DNA of 62,987 nt, filler included, from Octopus bimaculoides (GCF_001194135.2; 3 parts of 3 records of this genome joined end to end with filler, not necessarily neighbours in it), one strand, 5' to 3'. Shown: positions 12,226 to 25,773, numbered from the whole stretch's first letter. The notes: a model not told the origin generated them from the sequence alone. Made by a program: numbers and translations.

Positions 12226-12949
12226 NNNNNNNNNNNNNNNNNNNNNNNNNNNNNNNNNNNNNNNNNNNNNNNNNNNNNNNNNNNNNNNNNNNNNNNNNNN
12301 NNNNNNNNNNNNNNNNNNNNNNNNNNNNNNNNNNNNNNNNNNNNNNNNNNNNNNNNNNNNNNNNNNNNNNNNNNNNNNNNNNNNNNNNNNNNNNNNNNNN
12401 NNNNNNNNNNNNNNNNNNNNNNNNNNNNNNNNNNNNNNNNNNNNNNNNNNNNNNNNNNNNNNNNNNNNNNNNNNNNNNNNNNNNNNNNNNNNNNNNNNNN
12501 NNNNNNNNNNNNNNNNNNNNNNNNNNNNNNNNNNNNNNNNNNNNNNNNNNNNNNNNNNNNNNNNNNNNNNNNNNNNNNNNNNNNNNNNNNNNNNNNNNNN
12601 NNNNNNNNNNNNNNNNNNNNNNNNNNNNNNNNNNNNNNNNNNNNNNNNNNNNNNNNNNNNNNNNNNNNNNNNNNNNNNNNNNNNNNNNNNNNNNNNNNNN
12701 NNNNNNNNNNNNNNNNNNNNNNNNNNNNNNNNNNNNNNNNNNNNNNNNNNNNNNNNNNNNNNNNNNNNNNNNNNNNNNNNNNNNNNNNNNNNNNNNNNNN
12801 NNNNNNNNNNNGTGAAAACTACTCGGCAACGACGGGATAGTCACCTACTCTATGTATGTATGTATATATGTATATATGTATGTATGTATGTTTGTATGTA
12901 TGTATGTATGTATGTATGTATGTGCGTGTACAAATATATATATGTTCTT

Positions 12950-13152
12950 TTATTCTTTTGTTTGTCATTTCACTGCGGCCATGCTGGAACACTGCCTTTA
13001 GTCGAACAAATCTAGCCAGGACTTATTCTTTGGTAAATCTAGTACTTATTCTATCGGTCTCTTTTGCCCAACCGCTAAGTTACGCGGACATAAACACACT
13101 AGCATTGGTTGTCAAGCGATGTTGGGGGGACAAATACGGACACACAAACATA

Positions 13153-13216
<64 letters not shown>

Positions 13217-13353
13217 TATACGACGGGCTTCTTTCAGTTTCCTTCTACCAAATCCACTCACAAGGCTGTGGTCGGCCCGAAACGCAGTGAGACTGAACCC
13301 GGAACCATGTGGTTGGTAAGCAAGTTACTTACCACATAGCCATTCCTGCACCT
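12950..13353 (-). mobile_element. Near full-length SINE family A with internal (CA)/(TA) microsatellite
   Basis: Head, internal microsatellite and tail all match the copy at 18821-19206. Confidence 0.9.
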
Positions 13354-13624
13354 AAATAAATCATCAACAAATCCCACCCCACAAAAAAAAAACAAGTATA
13401 AAAGTGTTACGATTAGCCTGTAATCTTCGCCAGGGGGTTCTCAAACCAACTAATCGATCAATTTGGATAAGATTTTCTTCTTTATTTCGTATTTTGTTAT
13501 CGTTGTTGTTGTTGTCTGGTGTTTTTCGGACACCCACATCGGCTGATTTTGTAAGTTTACTTCGCAAATGATTAATCTAGCTTTCGTGAGCAAAGAACAA
13601 AGATAATAATAATAATGATAATAA

Positions 13625-13952
13625 TAAATGTAGAAGGTCTGAAATCTTGGGGTGGGGACTAGTCAATTACATCGACTGGTGTTTTACTGGTACTTAATTT
13701 ATCGATTTATCGACCCCGAAAGGATGAAAGACAAAGCTGACCTCGGCTGAATTTGAACTCAGAACGTAAAGACAGACGAAATACCGCTAAGCGTTACGCC
13801 CGGCGTGCTAACGTTTCTTATTTCTTTATTGCCCACAGGGGCTAAACATAGAGGGGACAAACAAGGACAGACAAAGGGATTAAGTCGATTACATCGATCC
13901 CAGTGCGTAACTGGTACTTATTTCATGCTAACGTTTCAGCCAGCTCGCCGCC

Positions 13953-14008
<56 letters not shown>

Positions 14009-14141
14009 CTTTTCTACTCTACGCACAAGGGCCGAAATTTTTGCGGAGGAGGTAAGTCGATTAGATCGGCTTCCGTACGCAACTGGTATTTAATTTATCG
14101 ACTTCGAAAGGATGAAAGGCAAAGTCGACCTGGACGGAATT
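13625..14141 (-). mobile_element. Cluster of three SINE family B copies, one nested with a 12-bp duplication
   Basis: Repeated family B motifs. TGCTAACGTTTC occurs at 13806-13817 and 13926-13937, flanking an inserted 3' fragment. An (AAT)n spacer follows. Confidence 0.85.
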
Positions 14142-15293
14142 NNNNNNNNNNNNNNNNNNNNNNNNNNNNNNNNNNNNNNNNNNNNNNNNNNNNNNNNNNN
14201 NNNNNNNNNNNNNNNNNNNNNNNNNNNNNNNNNNNNNNNNNNNNNNNNNNNNNNNNNNNNNNNNNNNNNNNNNNNNNNNNNNNNNNNNNNNNNNNNNNNN
14301 NNNNNNNNNNNNNNNNNNNNNNNNNNNNNNNNNNNNNNNNNNNNNNNNNNNNNNNNNNNNNNNNNNNNNNNNNNNNNNNNNNNNNNNNNNNNNNNNNNNN
14401 NNNNNNNNNNNNNNNNNNNNNNNNNNNNNNNNNNNNNNNNNNNNNNNNNNNNNNNNNNNNNNNNNNNNNNNNNNNNNNNNNNNNNNNNNNNNNNNNNNNN
14501 NNNNNNNNNNNNNNNNNNNNNNNNNNNNNNNNNNNNNNNNNNNNNNNNNNNNNNNNNNNNNNNNNNNNNNNNNNNNNNNNNNNNNNNNNNNNNNNNNNNN
14601 NNNNNNNNNNNNNNNNNNNNNNNNNNNNNNNNNNNNNNNNNNNNNNNNNNNNNNNNNNNNNNNNNNNNNNNNNNNNNNNNNNNNNNNNNNNNNNNNNNNN
14701 NNNNNNNNNNNNNNNNATTTCTGGCACGAACCGTTCAGATCTATTTGAACTGGACTGAGACGGAATTCTTCTCTGTTTGTTCTAGAAGCTTCCAATCAAT
14801 ATCCATTTAATCTCCATTACTTTTCGGTATTTGTTAGCCAATGAAAAGGGAATCTAATCTAATTACGGTTTAGGGTTTGTAAACGCCAATTTAAACAAGC
14901 AAAACCGTGAAACGTGGGGTGGGAGCAAAAACACTTAAATAAACAAAAAACAAATAATAATATTTCTGGAACTCGTAGTTTATGATTTTCCTTGTTTAGT
15001 AACTTTTTTTTTATCGTTGTAGTGTTTTTGTGCGTATGCGTTTTTGTTTTTTTATTCTATTTTTCGTTTTTTGCATCGTCTCAGTCATTGGACTGCGGCC
15101 ATATTATGTTTTACGTAGAGTACCTACAAAAGCCATGCTGGTAATTGGATACTGATGCTTCCAAGCGCACCACCAATCACTATTGGTAGCTCACCCACTT
15201 TGTTCATTGCCCACAGCCTACATATTTCTCATTTCAATTCATCATAGTTGTTTACTTTTTCTTCTTTCTCTTTAATCCTGTTGTCACCAGGAT

Positions 15294-15602
15294 GTTGTTT
15301 GTTCCTTCTCGAGCCATACCTGACTCATAAGGACCGGTTTCCCGGTTTCATTGGCGTAATAGGTTCCCCCACCTGGACAGGACGCCGGTCCGTCGCAGGT
15401 GAGCTGCTAGATGCAGGAGGAAAGAGTGAGAGAAACTTGTGGCGAAAGAGTCAGCAGAAGTTCACCTTTACCTTCTGCTGAAGCCGCGTGGAGCTTAGGT
15501 GTTTCGCTCATAAACACACACACATCGCCCGGTCTGAGATACGAACCCGCGATCCCTCGACCGCCAATCTGCTGCTCTAACTACTAGGCCATGTACCTCC
15601 AC
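15294..15602 (-). mobile_element. Full-length tRNA-derived SINE (family C variant) with 15-16 bp TSD
   Basis: CTGTTGTCACCAGGAT at 15278-15293 and 15602-15617. The head GTGGAGG..TGGCCTAGTAGTTAG...GGTTCG..TCTCAGACC is homologous to the 16761 copy. Confidence 0.9.
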
Positions 15603-15639
15603 TGTTGTCACCAGGATATGCAAGGTCAATCATCATCAC

Positions 15640-15675
<36 letters not shown>

Positions 15676-16760
15676 TATTATTATTATTATTATTATTATT
15701 ACTACTACTACTACTACTATTAGCATAATATTTTCAACAGTTTTGTGTGTAGCGCTCACTATTGGGAATGCCTAACTTCGTTTCTGTTCAATCATACATC
15801 GTATTTTGTTTCGTTGTTTCTGGTGTTATTTTAGTCTTTCCTCTGTTGTACAGCTTATGAACAATATGAGTGTTCTATTTCGTCGATTGGTGTTCGTATT
15901 TTGTTTATCTTGTGTAATTGCTGTTGTACGTTTTTGTGTCCTGACATTAGCTGTATGGGTTGTGTTTTATTAATGGGTGGCAACTGAATAAAATGTGAGC
16001 TATTGGCCTCATAGTATCGGGTATTGATTATGTAAAAGTACATGTTGTGTGTTATTTTATCGAGTGGGAACTGTGTAGAACATAAATTCCCAACTTTGCT
16101 ATAAGAGTGTATTTGATTAGGAGCGGCGACAGAGAAGGAAAGCATATTTCTAATAAAAATCGTTCATAAAAATAACTAGGTGCCATTAAGCTCACGAAGG
16201 ACTATATTATTCTGCATATATTAATTTAACCCTTCAGAGATTATGACTAAGAAATGTATTTTCATTCCATTTGCAATGATAACATACTTGTGTGTCTCTG
16301 AAATCAGTGCTCTTTTGTCAATCATAACAAAATCTTGGAATTGCCAGAATTCATGTGTAGATCTGTGGATATTAGTCACTAAGAAGATTCCATATTTTGT
16401 TAAAATAATAAATGAGAGGCAGAAACCAAATATCAATGAATTTTATGTTCACAATTATGATTGACTTCATTGTTCAATGTTCTCCCTTTTTAACTTTTCA
16501 ATTTACATTTATATATTTTATGCACTGAATTAATATCTTGTTTTGAGTTTAATTTTTGTTAACCCATGCTACAGCATGTAGTTTACTGCTATAAAAACTA
16601 AATAGTTTTTCGAAAATTGATATTTCATCTTCGATACTACTTTACTTGTCTTGTATCGAACCGGGAACACAGTGATTGCAAAACAAACTTCTTAACTGTT
16701 CAGCCACCCTTCATCCATTACTAAACAATACTGGAATAGTAACAGTATTATACAAATAGC

Positions 16761-17137
16761 GTGGAGGCGCAATGGCCCAGTGGTTAGGGCAGCGAACTCG
16801 CGGTCGTAGGATCACGGTTTCGATTCCCAGACCGGGAGTTGTGAGTGTTTATTGAGCGAAAACACCTAAAGCTCAACAAACCACCGGCAGCGGGTGGGTG
16901 AACCCTGCTGTACTCTTTCACCACAACTTTCACTCTTTCTTCCTGTTTCTGTTGTACCTGTATATGAAAGTGTCAGCCTTGTCACACTCTGTGTCACGCT
17001 GAATCTCCCCGAGAACTACGTTAAGGGTACACGTGTCTGTGAAGTGCTCAACCACTTACACGTTAATTTCACGAGCAGGCTGTTCCGTTGATCGGATCAA
17101 CTGGAACCCCCGTCGTCGTAACCGACGGAGTGCCACG
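16761..17137 (+). mobile_element. Full-length tRNA-derived SINE (family C; resembles octopus OR-type SINEs)
   Basis: A-box TGGCCCAGTGG, B-box GTTTCGATTCC. Probable TSD TA(C/T)AAATAGC on both sides. Confidence 0.85.
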
Positions 17138-17229
17138 ATATAAATAGCTAATTCGTATTAACCCACAATAACCTACTAAGTCAACGATCAACTTAGTATT
17201 AATCGGTTGAAAGATTATTTCGATTGAAG

Positions 17230-17335
17230 GTTCGTGGCTTAGTGGTTATAAGATCGTGGGCTCAGTTGCTAGATCTGGCGACGCGTTGTGTCCTTGAGTA
17301 AAGCACTATATTTCCCGTTGCTCCAGTCTAAAGAG
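17230..17335 (+). mobile_element. Degraded SINE family C head
   Basis: GCTTAGTGGTTA...GGCGACGCGTTGTGTCCTTGAG...TTGCTCCAGTC matches the 12064 copy. Confidence 0.7.
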
Positions 17336-17759
17336 CTAGAATGTGTACCAACCGGGTGCTGGTGCAGTATCTCTCCCTCCAGCTGTCACACCTTGGATAT
17401 TCTGATGAGTCAAAAGTGAGGAGGATCGAAACATCTGCTCGGGACTACATTTATATCTGAATCAGTCCCTGAAAGCATGTTACATGTTACAAAGCATGTT
17501 AGAAAACCATACTCGCTTGCGAGTGACAGCTGTACTCACTGAATTATTTCCTTCTTGATACAGCGCTGCTCTGTCATGAGTATGTTTTGTGGTACAGCAA
17601 GCTAGCAAGACACTCATCAATTCCGCAGTGGTGCCGCTGTTTTACAGCGAATTATTTCGCCACTTGTTTCTATTTCAATTCTTTTATCATTCATCAATTC
17701 GCAAACATTTAACCAATTAATTAATCAAGTGCTTGACTCATCGTTAGGTTAGCTAATCA

Positions 17760-18108
17760 ATCGGGTTTAAATTTGAACTCAGAACGTAACGACAGACGAA
17801 ATACCGCTAAGCGTTTCTCCCGGCGTGCTAACGTTTCTGCCAGCCTTACTGCCTTAGATAATAAAACAAAACTAATAATAATAATAATAATAAACCTTTC
17901 TACTTCACGCACAAGGCCTGGAATTCGAGGGGAGGGGGTAGTCGATCGCATCGACCCCTCGAACTTGACTGGTACTTAATTTATCGATCTCGAAACGAGG
18001 AAAGGCAAAGTCGATCCTAACGGAATTTGAACTCAAAACGTGAAGACGGACGAAATGCCGCTAAGTATTTTACCCGGCGTGCTAACGATTCTGCCAGCTC
18101 GCCGCCTT
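17760..18108 (-). mobile_element. Two tandem SINE family B copies separated by (AAT)n
   Basis: Repeated GAACTCAGAACG...CGGCGTGCTAACG...GCCTT motifs. Confidence 0.85.
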
Positions 18109-18111
18109 AGA

Positions 18112-18143
<32 letters not shown>

Positions 18144-18820
18144 ATATTATTATTACTATTATTATTACTATCATTTCATTGCTTGATTTCAATTCTATTT
18201 TTATCGATCTCTTGAATGTTGTAGGACAAAAATTGAAATCGNNNNNNNNNNNNNNNNNNNNNNNNNNNNNNNNNNNNNNNNNNNNNNNNNNNNNNNNNNN
18301 NNNNNNNNNNNNNNNNNNNNNNNNNNNNNNNNNNNNNNNNNNNNNNNNNNNNNNNNNNNNNNNNNNNNNNNNNNNNNNNNNNNNNNNNNNNNNNNNNNNN
18401 NNNNNNNNNNNNNNNNNNNNNNNNNNNNNNNNNNNNNNNNNNNNNNNNNNNNNNNNNNNNNNNNNNNNNNNNNNNNNNNNNNNNNNNNNNNNNNNNNNNN
18501 NNNNNNNNNNNNNNNNNNNNNNNNNNNNNNNNNNNNNNNNNNNNNNNNNNNNNNNNNNNNNNNNNNNNNNNNNNNNNNNNNNNNNNNNNNNNNNNNNNNN
18601 NNNNNNNNNNNNNNNNNNNNNNNNNNNNNNNNNNNNNNNNNNNNNNNNNNNNNNNNNNNNNNNNNNNNNNNNNNNNNNNNNNNNNNNNNNNNNNNNNNNN
18701 NNNNNNNNNNNNNNNNNNNNNNNNNNNNNNNNNNNNNNNNNNNNNNNNNNNNNNNNNNNNNNNNNNNNNNNNNNNNNNNNNNNNNNNNNNNNNNNNNNNN
18801 NNNNNNNNNNATATATATAT

Positions 18821-19206
18821 AGGCGCAGGCTTGGCTGTCTGGTAAGTAGCTTGCTTACCAACTACATGTTTTTGGGTTCAGTCCCACTGCGTGGTACTTT
18901 AAGCAAGTTTCTTCTACTATAGCCTCGGGCCGACCAAAGCTTAGTGAGTGTATTTGGTAGACAGAAACTGAAAGAAGCCCGTCATATATATATATGTGGG
19001 TGTGTGTGTGTTTGTGTTTGTCCCCCCCACCATCGCTTAATGACCTATGTTGGCGTGTTTATGTCCCCGTAACTTAGCAGTTCGGCAAACAAGACCGATG
19101 TGATAAGTACTAGGCTTAGAAAGAATAAGTCGTGAGGTCGATTTGTTCGACTGAAGGCGATGCTCCAGCATGGCTGTAGTCAAATGACTGAAACAAATAA
19201 AAGAAT
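18821..19206 (+). mobile_element. Full-length SINE family A (tRNA-like head, CORE-like segment, internal microsatellite, conserved 3' tail)
   Basis: GGCTGTCTGGTAAG...GGGTTCAGTCCC head; (TA)/(TG) middle; ...CCAGCATGGCTGTAGTCAAATGACTGAAACAA tail. More than 8 related copies occur in the window. Confidence 0.9.
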
Positions 19207-20092
19207 ATATATATATATATATAGATACGTTTTTATACATACATGCATATATATATNNNNNNNNNNNNNNNNNNNNNNNNNNNNNNNNNNNNNNNNNNNN
19301 NNNNNNNNNNNNNNNNNNNNNNNNNNNNNNNNNNNNNNNNNNNNNNNNNNNNNNNNNNNNNNNNNNNNNNNNNNNNNNNNNNNNNNNNNNNNNNNNNNNN
19401 NNNNNNNNNNNNNNNNNNNNNNNNNNNNNNNNNNNNNNNNNNNNNNNNNNNNNNNNNNNNNNNNNNNNNNNNNNNNNNNNNNNNNNNNNNNNNNNNNNNN
19501 NNNNNNNNNNNNNNNNNNNNNNNNNNNNNNNNNNNNNNNNNNNNNNNNNNNNNNNNNNNNNNNNNNNNNNNNNNNNNNNNNNNNNNNNNNNNNNNNNNNN
19601 NNNNNNNNNNNNNNNNNNNNNNNNNNNNNNNNNNNNNNNNNNNNNNNNNNNNNNNNNNNNNNNNNNNNNNNNNNNNNNNNNNNNNNNNNNNNNNNNNNNN
19701 NNNNNNNNNNNNNNNNNNNNNNNNNNNNNNNNNNNNNNNNNNNNNNNNNNNNNNNNNNNNNNNNNNNNNNNNNNNNNNNNNNNNNNNNNNNNNNNNNNNN
19801 NNNNNNNNNNNNNNNNNNNNNNNNNNNNNNNNNNNNNNNNNNNNNNNNNNNNNNNNNNNNNNNNNNNNNNNNNNNNNNNNNNNNNNNNNNNNNNNNNNNN
19901 NNNNNNNNNNNNNNNNNNNNNNNNNNNNNNNNNNNNNNNNNNNNNNNNNNNNNNNNNNNNNNNNNNNNNNNNNNNNNNNNNNNNNNNNNNNNNNNNNNNN
20001 NNNNNNNNNNNNNNNNNNNNNNNNNNNNNNNNNNNNNNNNNNNNNNNNNNNNNNNNNNNNNNNNNNNNNNNNNNNNNNNNNNNNNNNNNNNN

Positions 20093-20146
<54 letters not shown>

Positions 20147-21891
20147 GTATATATATATATATATACACATATATATATATAGAGAGAGAGAGAGATACAT
20201 ACGTATATAGATAGATAGATAGATATATATACATACATATATACACGCATATAGATACATATATATATATCCACACACATATATATATATATACATATAT
20301 ATATGCATATATACATATACATACGTACACACACATGCATATATATATACATATATATGCGTGTGTGTGTGTGTGTGTGTGTATAAAGCGTTTATGAATG
20401 TGTATGAGCGCAAGTGTGAATTTATGCGCTTGCCAATACCTATGTACTTGCGAATACACCCGCGTGTTTGTGTGCGTGTGCGTGTGTATTTTGCTGTGTT
20501 TATCCGTACGCATACCTCAATGCATGTGTTGACAGTTATGTGTACATAATTGCTTAGCTTAAATGTTACGCACCAAACAAACACAACAATATAGCTGCCT
20601 TCCTTCCATTCAACATGTGTATGCCAGAAGAGAAACGTTACAAATAAAACAAATGAACTAACACAAACAACACAAATAATATAAAACATATAACTAGTAA
20701 TAAATAAACAAATGAATAAATAAATAAGCGTAAATGTCTTTTTTTTTTATTATTAAAAAAAAGCAATCATTCCTTCTAATTTATCTAATGAATTCCTGTG
20801 AAAATGACAGTAGCTTAACGTGACCAAATAGACTCCAGAGAAAGCTATTTCGAAAATTGTTTTTTCTACCATTTTGAATAATAAATTTTCTCTTTCGTTT
20901 CACTGATCATACTGTATCGTCTGCTAATGGGATTCAGCTTTTATTTGCGCCTATGTTTGCTTCGACAGGAATTAGCTGAAGTATTCGTTTTAGAACTCTA
21001 TCAACTTTGGAATAATGATGTCTTTGTCTATACTCAAGAACATTTTCGTTGCTTTTGTTGTAAATTTTGATTTTGTTCCTGTTTCTTGCTTGCGGAAGTA
21101 TCCAAAAGTTATAATTTTCGATACAATTTATTTTTAGTTGTCGTATTTTTCTTGTAAGAAATTCTTATTAAGGAAAAAGAAGAAAAAATACAAAGGAGAG
21201 AAGTGCCAAAAACCTGTGGGGTATACAAAGGACAAAGACCTCTACAAAATCTTAACGAAACATTTCAAGCATTATCAAAAGTAAGAATTTTTTTAATCGC
21301 TTGTTGCTGTTGATTTTCAAAATAAATTCACAAACAAAAATCAGGATTAAAAATAACTGTTTGAATGAAAATACGTCAGTGGAATTTATTTTATTTAATT
21401 ATTTATTGTAGCAATTTTTCAACAACAAAAAAATAATAATAATCTCTGAATAATTCAACTGAAAATTGATTCAACTGAAAAGTTCTGCTATAAACTTTTA
21501 TACATGGATAGCTGAAAGTAAATTATTTACTTTCGTGATTTATTTACGATTAGTTAATTAGCTTTCGAAACGGAGAAGCACTTACATTTTTTAAGGATAT
21601 AAAGCAATTCAGATAAGCAAAAAGAAAATATAACCAAGAAATGAGAATCCAATTCGTTCCATCATTAGAAGATTACGAGACAAAATTCCACTGAGTTTAC
21701 TTTCAGTACAAGTTGAATGAAATATCTTTAAGAGGGGGAAACAAAAACGAAAGCCAAAACCAAAAAAAAAAAAAAAAATTTTTAATATGTATTTTTGATT
21801 ATTGGACAATGTTATTAATTTTGGAATTAATTATTTGAAAAACAAAGTAAGATTTTATACACCCACAAATACTCTTTTACACAAATAAATA

Positions 21892-21966
<75 letters not shown>

Positions 21967-22001
21967 GCACGTATGTATNNNNNNNNNNATACATACATAC
22001 A

Positions 22002-22035
<34 letters not shown>

Positions 22036-22386
22036 CATACATACATACATATAGAGCACATATTTTCTCCCCATATTTCATGAAGACTCTACGCGATTAC
22101 TCGAGGTGTTAAAAGGTAAATCGTATTGGATTATCTAGTCTAACTTATATTTAAATATCATTTAAAACCAGTGTTGCCATGTCTTGAACGTCATTGGTCA
22201 TACGTCTGCTCCATCTAGAGTAACCTAGGGTTAAACAACAAAAGCTAGACAACCAATTCCCACAATTTCCGCTCCCACACCCACCCGTTTGTTCTTTTTT
22301 GTAATCCAAATTAGATGTCTTCAATTCCATTAACTTAATAATTTCTTCATTAATCGTCTATCTTTTTGTCGAAGTCAGTCACTTAA

Positions 22387-22425
<39 letters not shown>

Positions 22426-23274
22426 NNNNNNNNNNNNNNNNNNNNNNNNNNNNNNNNNNNNNNNNNNNNNNNNNNNNNNNNNNNNNNNNNNNNNNNNNNN
22501 NNNNNNNNNNNNNNNNNNNNNNNNNNNNNNNNNNNNNNNNNNNNNNNNNNNNNNNNNNNNNNNNNNNNNNNNNNNNNNNNNNNNNNNNNNNNNNNNNNNN
22601 NNNNNNNNNNNNNNNNNNNNNNNNNNNNNNNNNNNNNNNNNNNNNNNNNNNNNNNNNNNNNNNNNNNNNNNNNNNNNNNNNNNNNNNNNNNNNNNNNNNN
22701 NNNNNNNNNNNNNNNNNNNNNNNNNNNNNNNNNNNNNNNNNNNNNNNNNNNNNNNNNNNNNNNNNNNNNNNNNNNNNNNNNNNNNNNNNNNNNNNNNNNN
22801 NNNNNNNNNNNNNNNNNNNNNNNNNNNNNNNNNNNNNNNNNNNNNNNNNNNNNNNNNNNNNNNNNNNNNNNNNNNNNNNNNNNNNNNNNNNNNNNNNNNN
22901 NNNNNNNNNNNNNNNNNNNNNNNNNNNNNNNNNNNNNNNNNNNNNNNNNNNNNNNNNNNNNNNNNNNNNNNNNNNNNNNNNNNNNNNNNNNNNNNNNNNN
23001 NNNNNNNNNNNNNNNNNNNNNNNNNNNNNNNNNNNNNNNNNNNNNNNNNNNNNNNNNNNNNNNNNNNNNNNNNNNNNNNNNNNNNNNNNNNNNNNNNNNN
23101 NNNNNNNNNNNNNNNNNNNNNNNNNNNNNNNNNNNNNNNNNNNNNNNNNNNNNNNNNNNNNNNNNNNNNNNNNNNNNNNNNNNNNNNNNNNNNNNNNNNN
23201 NNNNNNNNNNNNNNNNNNNNNNNNNNNNNNNNNNNNNNNNNNNNNNNNNNNNATATATATATATATATATATAA

Positions 23275-23755
23275 ATTCAGATAGCTTCGATATATTTCGA
23301 CCAAAGATTGGCCCAAGCTATGTCTACCTTGATAACACCACCTGATAGGATTGCTAACTCCTTTATAAGTCATGTTTCGTGGTATCATATGGCCCATTCA
23401 AGTAGGCAGTTCTTGTTGAGTAAGTTGTTTCCAGATATAGGTGGCTTAACTAGTATCCATTGAAGAATTTTGTCCAGATTCCGTTTAAAGGTGATGGGAT
23501 CTTTTATCTCTTTGATTTTTTGGGAACAATGTTAAATAGGTCAGGGCCTGTTTAGGAAAAGAAATTGTGTTTCAGTATATTTATGTGCTGTGATCCTGAA
23601 TTGGTTAAAGGACGTAAGGCCCGTGGTCCTACCCTTCGATGAATTCTGAAACTAATGTTGAGGTCGTTTTGGCAATGCTGGTGGTATATTCTCCACATTG
23701 TGCAAATGATGTATCGCTGCTCACGGTGATGGTGGAGAGAATAGAGTTTCAAGGT
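23275..23755 (-). mobile_element. 3' end of a CR1/L2-type LINE ORF2 (decayed)
   Basis: Minus-strand translation LKLYSLHHHREQRYIICTMWRI...(T)GPDLFNIVPKKIKEIKDPITFKRNLDK matches the typical CR1/L2 C-terminal pattern (LYSLxRRRERY...GPxLFN...FKxxLD). Confidence 0.75.
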
Positions 23756-24063
23756 ATGTATGTATGTATGTATGTATGTATGTATGTATATATTATGTAT
23801 TATTAAAATGGGTAGTCGCAATTTAAAACCAAACGGCACAAGTATTTGAGTAACGATTGTACTTCTGCCTTTTGGTGTGTATATATATATATATATATAT
23901 AGTTTTAGAGAAAAGAATCAAGGTTTATGAATTCATCGCTAAAAATCCACAGTCACATATAGAAAAATTAATCGGTAAAAGCACAATAAATAAGTATAAT
24001 ATAATACAAATTGAATATCTGAGTTTATACCTGTAAATTTGGATTTTTATCCCTAATATTATT

Positions 24064-24106
<43 letters not shown>

Positions 24107-25588
24107 CGTTGACCACTAAAGTGGACATTTAATGTGCTTTGCCAGAATAAGTTGAAGACTTTACATATGGGAATGTTAAAGATTTTAAGTAGAAATGATT
24201 GTCGTCATTTTTCTCATTTAAAATACACAAATTACAAAGCCTCACTGTACATTAAATAAAAATGTAAACACGTATTTTTCTATACTTATTAAAATTAATA
24301 AATCTTCTAGGCTTTTTAACTCAATAGAATTACGATATACATATTGCACTTTTGTAAAACTTGTCTCAAAAACGAGTATTTGTTCCTATCAGCAGATTTT
24401 TTTTAGGCATATATGTGTATCTTTCTGTAGTTTCCCGAAATTCTTTTGTTTAAGCATAGAAGTCAGTAGCCAAATGTTTGGGATTTGTGAACTGGAAGGG
24501 TTTTTTTTTTCTTTTTTCTTTTAATACATATACAATTAACTTTTGAAAGTACGAAGTTCTAGGATGACTTTAATATGATGTAAATGAATGACTTCAAAAA
24601 CGTTAACAATATTTTCTTATTTCTTTAACATGCTTCTTTAGCCGGAGATGACATCACTGAAGCACACGAAGAACACAGATAACAATGATCATAATAATAG
24701 TAATAACATTTATAATAATAACAACAACAACAACAATTGTAATATCGATAACAACGGCATTAGACCTAAACTATTACGATTCTATGGAAAATACTGACTA
24801 ACGCGACTTGGCTGTCCAATACTTCATATATATATATNNNNNNNNNNNNNNNNNNNNNNNNNNNNNNNNNNNNNNNNNNNNNNNNNNNNNNNNNNNNNNN
24901 NNNNNNNNNNNNNNNNNNNNNNNNNNNNNNNNNNNNNNNNNNNNNNNNNNNNNNNNNNNNNNNNNNNNNNNNNNNNNNNNNNNNNNNNNNNNNNNNNNNN
25001 NNNNNNNNNNNNNNNNNNNNNNNNNNNNNNNNNNNNNNNNNNNNNNNNNNNNNNNNNNNNNNNNNNNNNNNNNNNNNNNNNNNNNNNNNNNNNNNNNNNN
25101 NNNNNNNNNNNNNNNNNNNNNNNNNNNNNNNNNNNNNNNNNNNNNNNNNNNNNNNNNNNNNNNNNNNNNNNNNNNNNNNNNNNNNNNNNNNNNNNNNNNN
25201 NNNNNNNNNNNNNNNNNNNNNNNNNNNNNNNNNNNNNNNNNNNNNNNNNNNNNNNNNNNNNNNNNNNNNNNNNNNNNNNNNNNNNNNNNNNNNNNNNNNN
25301 NNNNNNNNNNNNNNNNNNNNNNNNNNNNNNNNNNNNNNNNNNNNNNNNNNNNNNNNNNNNNNNNNNNNNNNNNNNNNNNNNNNNNNNNNNNNNNNNNNNN
25401 NNNNNNNNNNNNNNNNNNNNNNNNNNNNNNNNNNNNNNNNNNNNNNNNNNNNNNNNNNNNNNNNNNNNNNNNNNNNNNNNNNNNNNNNNNNNNNNNNNNN
25501 NNNNNNNNNNNNNNNNNNNNTATATATATATGAATTATTTTTGATCATCAGAAAGTTACAAAAGTAACTCGAGGACAGAGTTTTCAGC

Positions 25589-25657
25589 ATGGCATTTATC
25601 AAGGTGGTGCGAAAACCTCGGCCCTTGAGATTCTTGCGTAATTTTCTCAGAAGGAAA
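25589..25657 (+). CDS. TMEM26: Probable first coding exon of the TMEM26-like gene (MAFIKVVRKPRPLRFLRNFLRRK)
   Basis: TTTTCAG/C-ATG acceptor and start, 23 open codons, phase-0 donor GTATGT at 25658. Joins in frame to the phase-0 acceptor at 29162. There is no homology support for this exon itself. Confidence 0.5.
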
Positions 25658-25722
25658 GTATGTGCTCTTGTTTTGAGCTCTATCAAACTTATTTGAATGT
25701 GTGAATGTGTGTATGTGCGTGC

Positions 25723-25773
<51 letters not shown>

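Noticed and set aside
17399-17445. CTGATGAG...GAAAC hammerhead-like spacing
   Set aside because: Helix II is only 1-2 convincing bp, the cleavage triplet is disrupted and helix I does not pair.
19037-20689. Long ORFs of 250-550 aa in the ORF track (this and similar ones spanning N runs)
   Set aside because: They are open only because of N gaps and TA/CA repeats (poly-X, YI, HT, CV).
24640-24800. Possible upstream exon or uORF (MTSLKHTKN...NNN) before TMEM26
   Set aside because: An acceptor-like TTTAG is present, but there is no donor before the gap, the content is AAC/AAT repeat and no homology was recognised.
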